Source: Fibrobacteria bacterium (lineage in GTDB: Bacteria; Fibrobacterota; Chitinivibrionia; Chitinivibrionales; FEN-1185). From it: a stretch of DNA of 64,000 nt. The stretch is taken from contig JBBIGR010000014.1 in NCBI GenBank assembly GCA_037447435.1, positions 21,305-85,304 of the forward strand, read 5' to 3'. Numbering within the stretch: position 1 is the first letter of the stretch; each line of letters begins with the position of its first letter. Both the position numbers and the translations under genes were made by a program. Positions 46,482 to 55,711 of the stretch are shown here, piece by piece. The notes under the pieces are model-generated. The model ran no database searches, had not been told where the DNA came from, and was given only the letters and a program-made list of their open reading frames with translations.

Positions 46482-48032
46482 TTATAATTTGGGTAAAGGC
46501 AATTTTTTATTGAACTTTTTCATTCGCGCGATTTTATTGACGATATCCATATACGATAAGGCCGATGCCTCGACGATATCGGTGCTGGTCCCAACACCGG
46601 TAAATACGCCTTCTTTACTTCTGGCAACGATCTTCACTTTTCCGAGCGCTTCCCTGCCTTCGGTCAGCGAGGTCAAGGTAAAATCGTCGATGCTGATTTT
46701 GAAACCGGTAATACGGTCTATCGCCTTTGTCGCCGCATCAACCGCCCCGTCCCCGCACGCCGCTTCGAATCGCACTTTATCTTCTTTTGCGACACGGATA
46801 CGGACCGTCGCCGTCGGCACAGTACCTTTGCCGCTTGACACGTTCAAATACTCAAGCACATAGGTGTCGGTCATATCCCCGGCTGTTTTCGACTCCATAA
46901 GGGAAATCAAATCATCGTCGTAGACCGTGCCCTTTTTATCAGCAAGCTCGATGAACCGCGTATAAAACGCCGACACATCGACTTCTTCTATATTATAGCC
47001 CAGCGCAACCAACCTCGAACGGACCATATGACTCCCCGAGCGACTCGTCAGGTTCATACGATTGTCCTTGAGCCCGATGGATTGCGGGGTCATGATTTCA
47101 TATGTTTTCCGCGATTTGAGCACGCCGTCCTGATGAATACCCGACGAATGCGCAAATGCATTGCTTCCCACAACCGCTTTGTTAGGCTGCACCGGCATAT
47201 TGCAGATATCGGAAACAAGTTTACTGGTGCGCATTATCTCCCGAGTCTCGATGCCGACGTCGACCTTGAAAATGTCTTTGCGAACATTAAGCATCATAAC
47301 CACTTCCTCGAGCGCGGCGTTTCCCGCACGTTCACCCAAGCCGTTTATCGCGCATTCGATTTGACGCGCACCATGCGAAACAGCGGTAATGGAATTCGCC
47401 GACGCCATGCCAAGATCGTTATGACAATGCACCGAAATGACGGCCTTGTCGATATTAGGCACACGGTTGAAAAGCGATTCGATTATCCACGCGAATTTCT
47501 CGGGGGACGTATAGCCCACGGTATCGGGAATATTGACCGTCGTCGCGCCGGTTTTTATCACGGTTTCGACGATACGGCACAGAAAATCGATATCCGAGCG
47601 CCCGGCATCTTCCGCCGAAAATTCGACGTCGCTGGTATATTTTTTACACAACTTTACCGCAGCGATTGCCATGGCAACGATTTCATCGTTGGTTTTGCGC
47701 ATTTTCTTTTCCATATGCAGAGCCGACGTGCCGACAAACGTGTGTATACGCGGACGCTCGGCCGGTTTCAAGGCCTTTCCGCATGCAACAATATCTTTTT
47801 CGACAAGCCGCGCAAGCCCGCAGATGACGGGGCCCTTTACTTCGCGAGCAATTGTCGAGACAGACTCGAAATCACCCGGCGACGAAATGGGAAAACCCGC
47901 TTCGATGATATCGACATTCAATTTTTGCAATTGCTTTGCAATACGTAATTTCTGGTGCACCGACAAGCTTGACGGCAATGCCTGTTCACCATCTCTCAAA
48001 GTCGTATCGAATATGAATACTTTGTCTTTCAT
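46482..48032 (-). CDS. leuA: 2-isopropylmalate synthase
   Basis: IFDTTLRDGEQ, HCHNDLGMASAN and the C-terminal LeuA allosteric domain; 516 aa. Confidence 0.9.
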   Translation of the reverse strand: MKDKVFIFDTTLRDGEQALPSSLSVHQKLRIAKQLQKLNVDIIEAGFPISSPGDFESVSTIAREVKGPVICGLARLVEKDIVACGKALKPAERPRIHTFVGTSALHMEKKMRKTNDEIVAMAIAAVKLCKKYTSDVEFSAEDAGRSDIDFLCRIVETVIKTGATTVNIPDTVGYTSPEKFAWIIESLFNRVPNIDKAVISVHCHNDLGMASANSITAVSHGARQIECAINGLGERAGNAALEEVVMMLNVRKDIFKVDVGIETREIMRTSKLVSDICNMPVQPNKAVVGSNAFAHSSGIHQDGVLKSRKTYEIMTPQSIGLKDNRMNLTSRSGSHMVRSRLVALGYNIEEVDVSAFYTRFIELADKKGTVYDDDLISLMESKTAGDMTDTYVLEYLNVSSGKGTVPTATVRIRVAKEDKVRFEAACGDGAVDAATKAIDRITGFKISIDDFTLTSLTEGREALGKVKIVARSKEGVFTGVGTSTDIVEASALSYMDIVNKIARMKKFNKKLPLPKL

Positions 48033-48051
48033 GATTGTAACCGATCATTGC

Positions 48052-48074
48052 AGGGGCACGGCTACCGTGCCCCT
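48052..48074 (-). other. Intercistronic GC-rich stem-loop between ilvC and leuA
   Basis: AGGGGCACGG-cta-CCGTGCCCCT, a 10-bp perfect stem with no U tract. Confidence 0.5.
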
Positions 48075-48092
48075 ACGTGCCAAATGTTTTAA

Positions 48093-49193
48093 TTAATTCT
48101 GTCCTCTTCCGCCGATGCCTTTGGTCTCCTTGGAAATGTCTTTAGCTTTTTCCTTGGGACGTAGAGCGCGAACTGCGGCTCCCGCGCGCCACATTTCATT
48201 CTCATGAACTTCGGCAAGCTTCTTTTCCAGGAACTTCTTATAGTCTTTGCCGCCGCAATCACGGATAACCTCACGGGTTTCCTGGCCGGTTTTAACCGAT
48301 TTGTAAAGCTGTTCGAAAACCGGCAGATTCGCTTTGCGGAAAATGGGCCTCCATTTGAGCGCGCCGTGCTGAGCGGTCGCGGAACAGTTGGAATACATCC
48401 AGTCCATTCCATTTTCGTCAACAAGACGGATAAGACTTTGCGTAAGTTCTTCCGATGTTTCGTTGAACGCTTCCGACGGCGAATGGCCGTTTTTGCGAAG
48501 CACGTCGTATTGTGCCTGCATGATGCCGGCTAATGCGCCCATGAGAACGCCGCGTTCGCCGGTAAGATCGCTATACACTTCTTTTTGAAATGTTGTCGGG
48601 AACAGATAGCCGCTGCCGATGCCGATACCAACGGCCAGGCAACGTTCTTCGGCTCTGCCGGTTGCATCTTGAAAAACCGCATAGCTGGAATTGATTCCAG
48701 CGCCCGACAAAAAGTTGCGGCGAACCGATGTGCCGCTGCCTTTGGGCGCAACCATGATAACGTCGACATTTTTTGGCGGAATCACTCCGGTCTGTTCCTT
48801 ATACACGATAGAGAACCCGTGCGAAAAGTAAACCGCATCGCCTTTTTTGAGAAGCTTTGCTATGGTTGGCCATACTTTACGTTGTGCAGCATCGGAAACA
48901 AGGATTTGGATGATCGTTCCTTTTTGAACTGCCTCTTCGATCGGGAAAAGAGTTTTTCCGGGAACCCAACCGTCTTTCACCGCACGGTCCCAGTCTTTTT
49001 TAAATTCCTTGGACTGTCCGATGATGACGTTTATTCCGTTGTCTTTCATGTTAAGCGCCTGGGCAGGGCCCTGAACGCCGTAACCGATGATAGCGACGAC
49101 TTCTTTTTTAAGAACCTTGCGGGCCTTAACAAGAGAAAATTCCTTACGGGTAACGACGGTTTCCTTCACTCCTCCGAAATCGATGACTGCCAT
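48093..49193 (-). CDS. ilvC: Ketol-acid reductoisomerase
   Basis: VAIIGYGVQGPAQALNMKDNG Rossmann motif, ..FSHGF.., ..ERGVLMGA... Confidence 0.9.
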   Translation of the reverse strand: MAVIDFGGVKETVVTRKEFSLVKARKVLKKEVVAIIGYGVQGPAQALNMKDNGINVIIGQSKEFKKDWDRAVKDGWVPGKTLFPIEEAVQKGTIIQILVSDAAQRKVWPTIAKLLKKGDAVYFSHGFSIVYKEQTGVIPPKNVDVIMVAPKGSGTSVRRNFLSGAGINSSYAVFQDATGRAEERCLAVGIGIGSGYLFPTTFQKEVYSDLTGERGVLMGALAGIMQAQYDVLRKNGHSPSEAFNETSEELTQSLIRLVDENGMDWMYSNCSATAQHGALKWRPIFRKANLPVFEQLYKSVKTGQETREVIRDCGGKDYKKFLEKKLAEVHENEMWRAGAAVRALRPKEKAKDISKETKGIGGRGQN

Positions 49194-49259
49194 AGACTGT
49201 TCTCCTTTGATTGAAAGTGATGTATTAAAAAATGCGATAAATTCACTGTGACCCTCACC

Positions 49260-49742
49260 CTACTTCTTTGTTTGCGCCATTGCAACTTTACCAGTGCGAA
49301 TAAGCTCCTTGACCCCGTACGGCTTTATCAGGTCGATGAAATCGCTGACCGTTTCGCACGGCGCCGACAATTCGAACGTAATCGAGGTCGCTCCGACATA
49401 CGCGACTTTAGCGCCGAACAAGTCGGCAAGCTCTATGATTTCGTGGCGACTCGACTTCGTGGAATCGACCCGAACGAGAATGAATTCACGTTCGATGATC
49501 GAACATCCCTCAAAATCGATTACCTTGATCACGTCGATAAGCTTGTTGAGTTGCTTGACAACTTGCTCGATAATCGCGCTATCTCCCTCGACGACGATGG
49601 TCATCCTGGAAATAGACGGATCTTCGGTTTCCCCGACCGTAAGGCTTGCTATATTGTAACCGCGGCTTGCAAAAAGCCCTGAGATTCTCGACAATGTGCC
49701 GCTATGGTTTTCGACCAGCACCGAAATTGTTCGTGTGTTCAT
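49260..49742 (-). CDS. ilvN: Acetolactate synthase small (regulatory) subunit
   Basis: ACT domain ISVLVENHSGTLSRISGLFASRGYNIASLTV; 160 aa. ATGA overlap with ilvB. Confidence 0.9.
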   Translation of the reverse strand: MNTRTISVLVENHSGTLSRISGLFASRGYNIASLTVGETEDPSISRMTIVVEGDSAIIEQVVKQLNKLIDVIKVIDFEGCSIIEREFILVRVDSTKSSRHEIIELADLFGAKVAYVGATSITFELSAPCETVSDFIDLIKPYGVKELIRTGKVAMAQTKK

Positions 49743-51469
49743 GCTTCCTCCATTGCATCGTCAAGCGATTTTCCGGCCGGGACCATCGGATATACGTTTT
49801 CCTCGGTCGCGGTCATGAATTCCATAAGCGACGGGCCATCGACGGCCAGGCCTTTTTTCAGCACATCGACAACTTCCGAAACCTTGCTGGTACGAAATCC
49901 CGGTATGGCATAGCTTTCGGCGAGCTTGACAAAATCGGGTACGTATCCTTTGCCGCAATTTTCGGGCGACGTGCAATCGCCGCACAGGTTACTGCCGCGT
50001 AAACACGTCGCGCTGTAGCGCCTGTTCCAGAACAATTCCTGCCACTGCCGCACCATTCCCAGATACTCGTTATTGAGAATGAGCACCTTGACCGGGATAC
50101 GGTTTATCGAAATGGTCGCAAGTTCCTGGATGTTCATTTGTATGGAACCATCACCTGCAATATTGACAACCGGTTTCCGCTTCATGCCCAGGCTTGCACC
50201 CATTGCAGCCGGAAGGCCGAACCCCATGGTTCCCAGGCCGCCCGACGACAAAAACATGCGCGGCCGCGCAAACTTGTAATATTGCGCCGCAAACATCTGA
50301 TGCTGCCCCACCTCGGTTGCGATGAGAATATCGGTATTCTTGGTGAGTTCATATAATTGCTCGATGACATATTGCGGTTTAATAACATCATTAGAACTTT
50401 TATAAGTAAACAACTTTCCGTTTTTCCACGAGTCGATTTGAGCGTTCCATTCATTGCGGCTCCGCGGCTCTACGACCTTGTTCAGCGCCGTAAGAATATT
50501 TTTGGCATCGCCCACAACCGGCACATCGACACGGACAATTTTTGAAATCGCGGCCGGATCAATATCAAGATGGATGATCTTGGCATTGGGCGCAAACGAG
50601 GCAACGTGTCCGGTCACACGGTCGTCGAAACGCGCGCCAACGGAAATTATCACATCGGCATTCTGAAACGCCGTGTTTGCCGTTTTAGAACCGTGCATAC
50701 CGGGCATACCGATGAACAAATCATGCTCGCCGGGAAATGCGCCCAGCCCCATGAGAGTCAAGGTAACCGGCGCATTCAGTTTTGTCGCCAATTCAAAAAG
50801 TTCGGCATGCGCTCCGGAAGAGATGACTCCGCCGCCGGCATATACCAATGGTTTTTTTGCCGATTTAATCAGCTCGGCCGCCTTCTCGATTTGACGCGGA
50901 TGCCCCATAAGTGTCGGCTTATAGCTGCGCATCGAAATTTCGGCAGGATACTCATAATTATCAAGATACCCGCGCGAAATGTCGGACGGCAAATCGACGA
51001 GCACGGGCCCCGGCCGTCCTGAGCGGGCGATGTAAAACGCCTGCTTGAGAATTGCCGGAAGGTCTTTGATGTCTTTGACCAGAAAGTTATGCTTTGTTAC
51101 CGGCCTGCTGATACCGACCATGTCGGCTTCCTGAAACGCGTCGGTGCCGAGATACGGGGTCGATACCTGGCCCGTTATCGCGACCATGGGAATCGAATCG
51201 AGATACGCGTCGGCAATACCGGTGATAAGATTTGTTGCGCCGGGACCCGAGGTCGCTATGCAAACCCCGACCTTCCCCGTTGCCCGTGCATATCCTTCGG
51301 CAGCGTGAGCCGCGCCCTGTTCATGACGAACAAGAACCGTATTGATATTCTTTGCATCGTATAATGCATCGAAAATCGGAATTGCCTGGCCGCCCGGATA
51401 GCCGAACAGCACATCGACGCCCTCTTTTGTCAGGGCATCAACAAGAATTTCGGCACCTTTCTTTTTCAA
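49739..51469 (-). CDS. ilvB: Acetolactate synthase large subunit
   Basis: GAEILVDALTKEGVDVLFGYPGG and the ThDP motif GDGSIQMNIQELAT..NN; 576 aa. TTG start with RBS GGAGGA at 5-nt spacing. Confidence 0.95.
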   Translation of the reverse strand: MKKKGAEILVDALTKEGVDVLFGYPGGQAIPIFDALYDAKNINTVLVRHEQGAAHAAEGYARATGKVGVCIATSGPGATNLITGIADAYLDSIPMVAITGQVSTPYLGTDAFQEADMVGISRPVTKHNFLVKDIKDLPAILKQAFYIARSGRPGPVLVDLPSDISRGYLDNYEYPAEISMRSYKPTLMGHPRQIEKAAELIKSAKKPLVYAGGGVISSGAHAELFELATKLNAPVTLTLMGLGAFPGEHDLFIGMPGMHGSKTANTAFQNADVIISVGARFDDRVTGHVASFAPNAKIIHLDIDPAAISKIVRVDVPVVGDAKNILTALNKVVEPRSRNEWNAQIDSWKNGKLFTYKSSNDVIKPQYVIEQLYELTKNTDILIATEVGQHQMFAAQYYKFARPRMFLSSGGLGTMGFGLPAAMGASLGMKRKPVVNIAGDGSIQMNIQELATISINRIPVKVLILNNEYLGMVRQWQELFWNRRYSATCLRGSNLCGDCTSPENCGKGYVPDFVKLAESYAIPGFRTSKVSEVVDVLKKGLAVDGPSLMEFMTATEENVYPMVPAGKSLDDAMEEA

Positions 51470-51667
51470 ACTGTCCTCCAGCTGTTAAATGTGCACTGTT
51501 GCCGTTACTTCGTCTTGTTCAGTGCCGCAAAAAAACAATCTCGTAAAATACCTTGTCCCCATGGGGTAATCAAGGGTACAAGGGCTTTTGTGGCACTTAT
51601 ATAATGAATTATAATAATCACGGTATTCATCTTGGCTTTCTAACCGACACATTCCGTCCAAGCAAGC

Positions 51668-51703
51668 AAAAAAAAAGGCCCGTCTTTTTTAAGAGACGGG
51701 CCT
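51668..51703 (-). terminator. Intrinsic terminator of the ilv attenuator (also the only terminator downstream of metH)
   Basis: The minus strand reads AGGCCCGUCU-cuuaaaaa-AGACGGGCCU followed by a run of 9 U. Confidence 0.8.
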
Positions 51704-51745
51704 TTGGATTTTTCATTACTTACTGTAATATTATAAGCCCGTCTC
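51693..51745 (-). promoter_or_regulatory. Candidate antiterminator pairing of the ilv attenuator
   Basis: GAGACGGGC (51745-51737) is complementary to GCCCGUCUC (51701-51693), the 5' arm of the terminator. The two structures are mutually exclusive. Confidence 0.55.
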
Positions 51746-51838
51746 CTGTTTTGGCAATACGACTACTACCCGTACTACGGCTAGTAGAACGGTACTAATA
51801 ATATTAATAATGCTGTCTGTATATGTTTTTGTAAACAT
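51731..51838 (-). CDS. ilv-leu operon leader peptide (35 aa, Ile/Val/Leu-rich)
   Basis: ATG 51838 to TAA 51733-51731 encodes MFTKTYTDSIINIISTVLLAVVRVVVVLPKQETGL. The stop codon abuts the antiterminator arm. It lies upstream of ilvB. Confidence 0.7.
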   Translation of the reverse strand: MFTKTYTDSIINIISTVLLAVVRVVVVLPKQETGL

Positions 51839-51847
51839 GATAAAATA

Positions 51848-51876
51848 AATATACCGTATATCGGAATTGGAGTCAA
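51848..51876 (-). promoter_or_regulatory. Sigma70-like promoter for the ilv leader
   Basis: The minus strand reads TTGACT-N17-TATATT, 10 nt after the metH stop. It would give a very short 5' UTR before the leader ATG. Confidence 0.5.
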
Positions 51877-51885
51877 TATATTTTT

Positions 51886-54800
51886 TTATTCACTGCGTAT
51901 GGCCGCAGGTTTTTCATACCCTAATACCGGATCCAGCCATTTTTCAACCTCCTCATTTTTCATGCCTTTTCTTCCCGCATACGATTCCACCTGATCGCGA
52001 CCAATGGCCTGCAATCCAAAATACCGCGATTGCGGATGAGAGAAATAATAGCCGCAGACCGACGCGGCGGGATACATTGCCCCGCTCACGGTCAACGACA
52101 TACCGATATTTTTACTTACATCGAGCAATTGAAATATCTGATTCTTTTCGCTATGATCCGGGCAAGCCGGATACCCCGGTGCCGGACGAACCCCTTGGTA
52201 TTTCACACGAAGCATTTCTTTTATTTGTAACGATTCGTGCGGGGCGTAAGCCCAATATTCTTTTCTGACCTTTTCGTGCAGCCATTCGGCGCATGCCTCC
52301 GCGAGCCTGTCGGCAAGGAGTTTTACCATGATTGCGGAATAATCGTCTTTGGCGTTTTCGTATTTAGCAACAACGTCTTCAAGCCCGATCCCTGCGGTGC
52401 AGGCAAAAAGACCGACATAATCCTTTACGCCGCTTTCGATCGGCGCCACAAAATCGGACAGTGAGACGTACTCCGTTTTCTCATTTTTTCTCACTTGTTG
52501 GCGAAGGCAATGAATGGCGGAAAGCTTTGTTTCCCTGGTTTCGTCCGAGTACAAAATAATGTCCTCAAAATCCTTTGTTTGCGCCGGAAAGAAACCGACG
52601 ACCGCTTTTGCAGCAAGCAAGTTATGCGCAACAATTTCATCGAGCAATGCCGCCGCGTCGTCGAACAATTTTTTCGCGGATGGTCCGACAATCGGGTCTT
52701 CCAGTAAATACGGGTACGCGCCTTTTAATCCCCATGCGGAGAAAACGAAATTCCAGTCTATATAGCCTCGCAAATCCCCCAGCGATATAGTATCGAGGAC
52801 AAAGACTCCGTCCTTTTGAGGCTTGGGAGGCTCATACCCATGCCATGAAATCGAGACCCGATTCGATTTCGCTTCAAGGTACGGGATAATTTCCATAGAG
52901 ACATTCGCCTTTTCATGTTTTTCGCGCAAAAGCGTTTGCTTTGCGACAATCTCCTTGCCGAATAAAAACCTGTCTTTTGTATCCACAAGCCTTTGACATA
53001 CCGGAACAGCAAGCGAAGCATCGGCGACATGCACGCAAATACCGCTGTATTGCGTTGCGATTTTAACCGCAGTGTGCATAGGTGAGGTCGTGGCCCCGCC
53101 GATTAAAAGCGGCATGGTTATTTTGCATCGCTCCATTTCCGAAGCAATATGGGCCATCTCCACAAGAGAGGGAGTTATAAGGCCGGAGACGCCGATAAAA
53201 TCCGCTTTTTCCTTTATCGCTGTGTCAAGAATCGTTTCGCATGGAACCATGACGCCCAGGTCAATGACGCGGAAATTATTGCATTGCAGGACTACTTCGA
53301 CGATTTTTTTACCGATATCATGAACGTCGCCTTTGACGGTTGCAAGAACAATCGTTGCCTGCGGCGTTTGGTTTCCGTCGGCGTCGCTTTCCATGAACGG
53401 CAGCAAAATGGCAACGGCCTTTTTCATCACCCGGGCGCTTTTAATCACCTGCGGCAAAAACATCTTTCCTTCTCCGAACAATTTCCCGACCTCGTTCATA
53501 CCGGCCATGAGCGGCCCCTCGATGACTTTCAAAGGCGACCCTATGAGCGCATAGGCCTCTTTCGTGTCATCTTCGACAAACGCGTCGACCCCCTTGACCA
53601 ACGCATAGGTCAAACGCGCGTTTACCTCCATACCGCGCCACGACAAGTCCTCTTTTTTCGCTTTCGATTGCGCGCCGACGGTTTGTGCGAGGTCAAGCAA
53701 CCGCTCCGCCGCGTCTTCGCGCCTGTCAAATATGACGTCTTCGATGCGCTCGCGTAACCCCGCATCGATTGTTTCATACGGAACAAGTTGCCCGGCATTG
53801 ACGATTCCCATGGTAAGTCCGGCTTTAATCGCATGGTATAAAAACGCCGCGTTGATTGCTTCCCGCAGTCCGTTGTTACCGCGAAAGGCAAACGACACGT
53901 TGCTGAGCCCCCCGCTTATGCCGCATTCGGGAAACAACTGCCTTATTCTTTTTACCGCATTGAGAAAATCGATTCCGTATTTTCTATGTTCGGCAAGACC
54001 GGTCGCTATAGCAAAAACGTTTGGGTCAAAAACGATATCGTGGGGGGCAAATCCTAATTGTTCGACCAGCAATTTATAGGCGCGCGAACAAATTTCAACT
54101 TTCCGGATTTCGGTGTCCGCCTGACCTTTTTCATCAAAAGCCATGACAACGACCGCGGCTCCGAATTTCGCTATTTCTTTGGCCCTATTGCAAAAAACGT
54201 CTTCCCCTTCCTTGAGGGAAAGCGAATTGACAATACATTTTCCCTGTACGCATGCCAAGCCTGCAAGCAAAACATCCCACTGCGAGGAATCTATCATTAT
54301 CGGAACATGTGCAATATCGGGCTCGGCTGCAACAAGGTTTAGAAACTCGACCATTGCAGCCTTGGCATCGAGCATCGAATCGTCCATATTGATATCTATG
54401 ACGCTAGCACCATTGTCGATTTGCTGTTTCGCAACCGACAATGCCGCGTCATAATCCTTTGCGCGTATCAGAGCGGCAAATTTTGCCGATCCCGTAACGT
54501 TCGTGCGCTCCCCTATATTTACAAATAATGATTCTGGCCCGACGACGCACGCCGCAAGCCCACTTAAGCAAATACCGGGCTTGCGATGGGGTATTTCGCG
54601 GATCTTCGCATCGATCAACGCCTCGCCGATCGCCCGTATATGAGCGGGTGTCGTACCGCAGCAGCCGCCGACGATATTGACGATGCCGTCGCGTGCAAAT
54701 CCGGCCAGCGTTTGCGCCATTGTTTGGGGCGTTTCGTCGTAGGTCCCATATGCATTCGGTAAACCGGCATTGGGATGAACGCTGATAAAATACGGCGCAA

Positions 54801-55614
54801 TGCCGCTTAATTCCTGTACGTATTGCCGCAATTGCCCTGCACCGAGCGCGCAATTGAAGCCGATTGAAAACGGCTTTATATGTTCGACGGAATATAAAAA
54901 CGCTTCGACCGTTTGCCCCGATAACGTCCGTCCGCTTGCATCCGTAATCGTGGAGGACACCATGACCGGCACCCGGCAATGCGTTTCTTCGAAAAGCCGC
55001 AATAGGCCGTGAATTGCCGCTTTACAATTAAGCGTATCGAAAACCGTTTCGATGATGAACAGGTCGACACCGCCGTCCAGGAGTCCTTTAGCAGCCTCTG
55101 TATATGCGCTGGCCAATTCATCGAATGCTATATTCCTATACCCGGGCCTGTTGACATCTGGAGAAATGCTCAATGTTTTATTGGTCGGCCCCAAATCGCC
55201 TGCAACAAATCGCGGTTTGTGGGGCGTCGTATGTGTCGCGGCAAGCGCCGCCTGTTTTGCGATTCGCGCACCTTCGTAATTAAGCGTATAGACAATGCTT
55301 TCCAAACCATAATCAGCTTGCGACACCGCGGTCGAATTGAACGTATTGGTTTTAATGATGTCGGCCCCGGCGTTTAAATATTGAGAATGAATATCGACAA
55401 CAACATTCGGCTGCGTCAGGTTCAAGACATCGTTATTCCCGCGCAAATCGCGCGTGTGCGAAGCGAATTCTTTTCCCCGGAAGTCTGCTTCCGATAATTC
55501 TTTCTGTTGAAGCATCGTGCCCATAGCACCGTCGAGTATCACGATACGCTTACATATAATATCCGAAAGTTGCCGTTCGCTTTTCGAAACGGCCGAAGAA
55601 ATGGTTGATTGCAT
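51886..55614 (-). CDS. metH: Cobalamin-dependent methionine synthase
   Basis: 1242 aa with Hcy-binding, pterin-binding, B12-binding (DVHDIGK) and AdoMet-activation modules in canonical order. Confidence 0.95.
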   Translation of the reverse strand: MQSTISSAVSKSERQLSDIICKRIVILDGAMGTMLQQKELSEADFRGKEFASHTRDLRGNNDVLNLTQPNVVVDIHSQYLNAGADIIKTNTFNSTAVSQADYGLESIVYTLNYEGARIAKQAALAATHTTPHKPRFVAGDLGPTNKTLSISPDVNRPGYRNIAFDELASAYTEAAKGLLDGGVDLFIIETVFDTLNCKAAIHGLLRLFEETHCRVPVMVSSTITDASGRTLSGQTVEAFLYSVEHIKPFSIGFNCALGAGQLRQYVQELSGIAPYFISVHPNAGLPNAYGTYDETPQTMAQTLAGFARDGIVNIVGGCCGTTPAHIRAIGEALIDAKIREIPHRKPGICLSGLAACVVGPESLFVNIGERTNVTGSAKFAALIRAKDYDAALSVAKQQIDNGASVIDINMDDSMLDAKAAMVEFLNLVAAEPDIAHVPIMIDSSQWDVLLAGLACVQGKCIVNSLSLKEGEDVFCNRAKEIAKFGAAVVVMAFDEKGQADTEIRKVEICSRAYKLLVEQLGFAPHDIVFDPNVFAIATGLAEHRKYGIDFLNAVKRIRQLFPECGISGGLSNVSFAFRGNNGLREAINAAFLYHAIKAGLTMGIVNAGQLVPYETIDAGLRERIEDVIFDRREDAAERLLDLAQTVGAQSKAKKEDLSWRGMEVNARLTYALVKGVDAFVEDDTKEAYALIGSPLKVIEGPLMAGMNEVGKLFGEGKMFLPQVIKSARVMKKAVAILLPFMESDADGNQTPQATIVLATVKGDVHDIGKKIVEVVLQCNNFRVIDLGVMVPCETILDTAIKEKADFIGVSGLITPSLVEMAHIASEMERCKITMPLLIGGATTSPMHTAVKIATQYSGICVHVADASLAVPVCQRLVDTKDRFLFGKEIVAKQTLLREKHEKANVSMEIIPYLEAKSNRVSISWHGYEPPKPQKDGVFVLDTISLGDLRGYIDWNFVFSAWGLKGAYPYLLEDPIVGPSAKKLFDDAAALLDEIVAHNLLAAKAVVGFFPAQTKDFEDIILYSDETRETKLSAIHCLRQQVRKNEKTEYVSLSDFVAPIESGVKDYVGLFACTAGIGLEDVVAKYENAKDDYSAIMVKLLADRLAEACAEWLHEKVRKEYWAYAPHESLQIKEMLRVKYQGVRPAPGYPACPDHSEKNQIFQLLDVSKNIGMSLTVSGAMYPAASVCGYYFSHPQSRYFGLQAIGRDQVESYAGRKGMKNEEVEKWLDPVLGYEKPAAIRSE

Positions 55615-55711
55615 GATTTAACTTCTATTGATGATTTTTATACTATCTTATTGAATAATATAAATTTAAACATACACGGTATACCGTCTGAAACGCAAAA
55701 GAAGCAAAACC

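Noticed and set aside
47028-47948. 306-aa + strand ORF antisense to leuA.
   Set aside because: The opposite strand encodes a full-length LeuA with all motifs. The antisense translation is Arg/His-rich with no motif, which is typical of a shadow ORF.
48585-49214. 209-aa + strand ORF antisense to ilvC. Similar cases: 53149-53757 in metH, 5715-6242 in dus, 6957-7481 in the UDPGP-like gene, 38585-39031 in fabF.
   Set aside because: All lie antisense to genes with unambiguous family motifs. None has an RBS or recognisable domains.
51553-51798. 81-aa + strand ORF in the metH-ilvB spacer.
   Set aside because: It is the reverse complement of the leader-peptide/attenuator region. It has no RBS and spans the terminator hairpin.
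51470-51885. I looked for a T-box riboswitch upstream of ilvB.
   Set aside because: I found no T-box sequence (AAnnnGGGUGGnACCnCG) and no specifier-loop/AG-bulge arrangement. The leader-peptide model explains the structure better.
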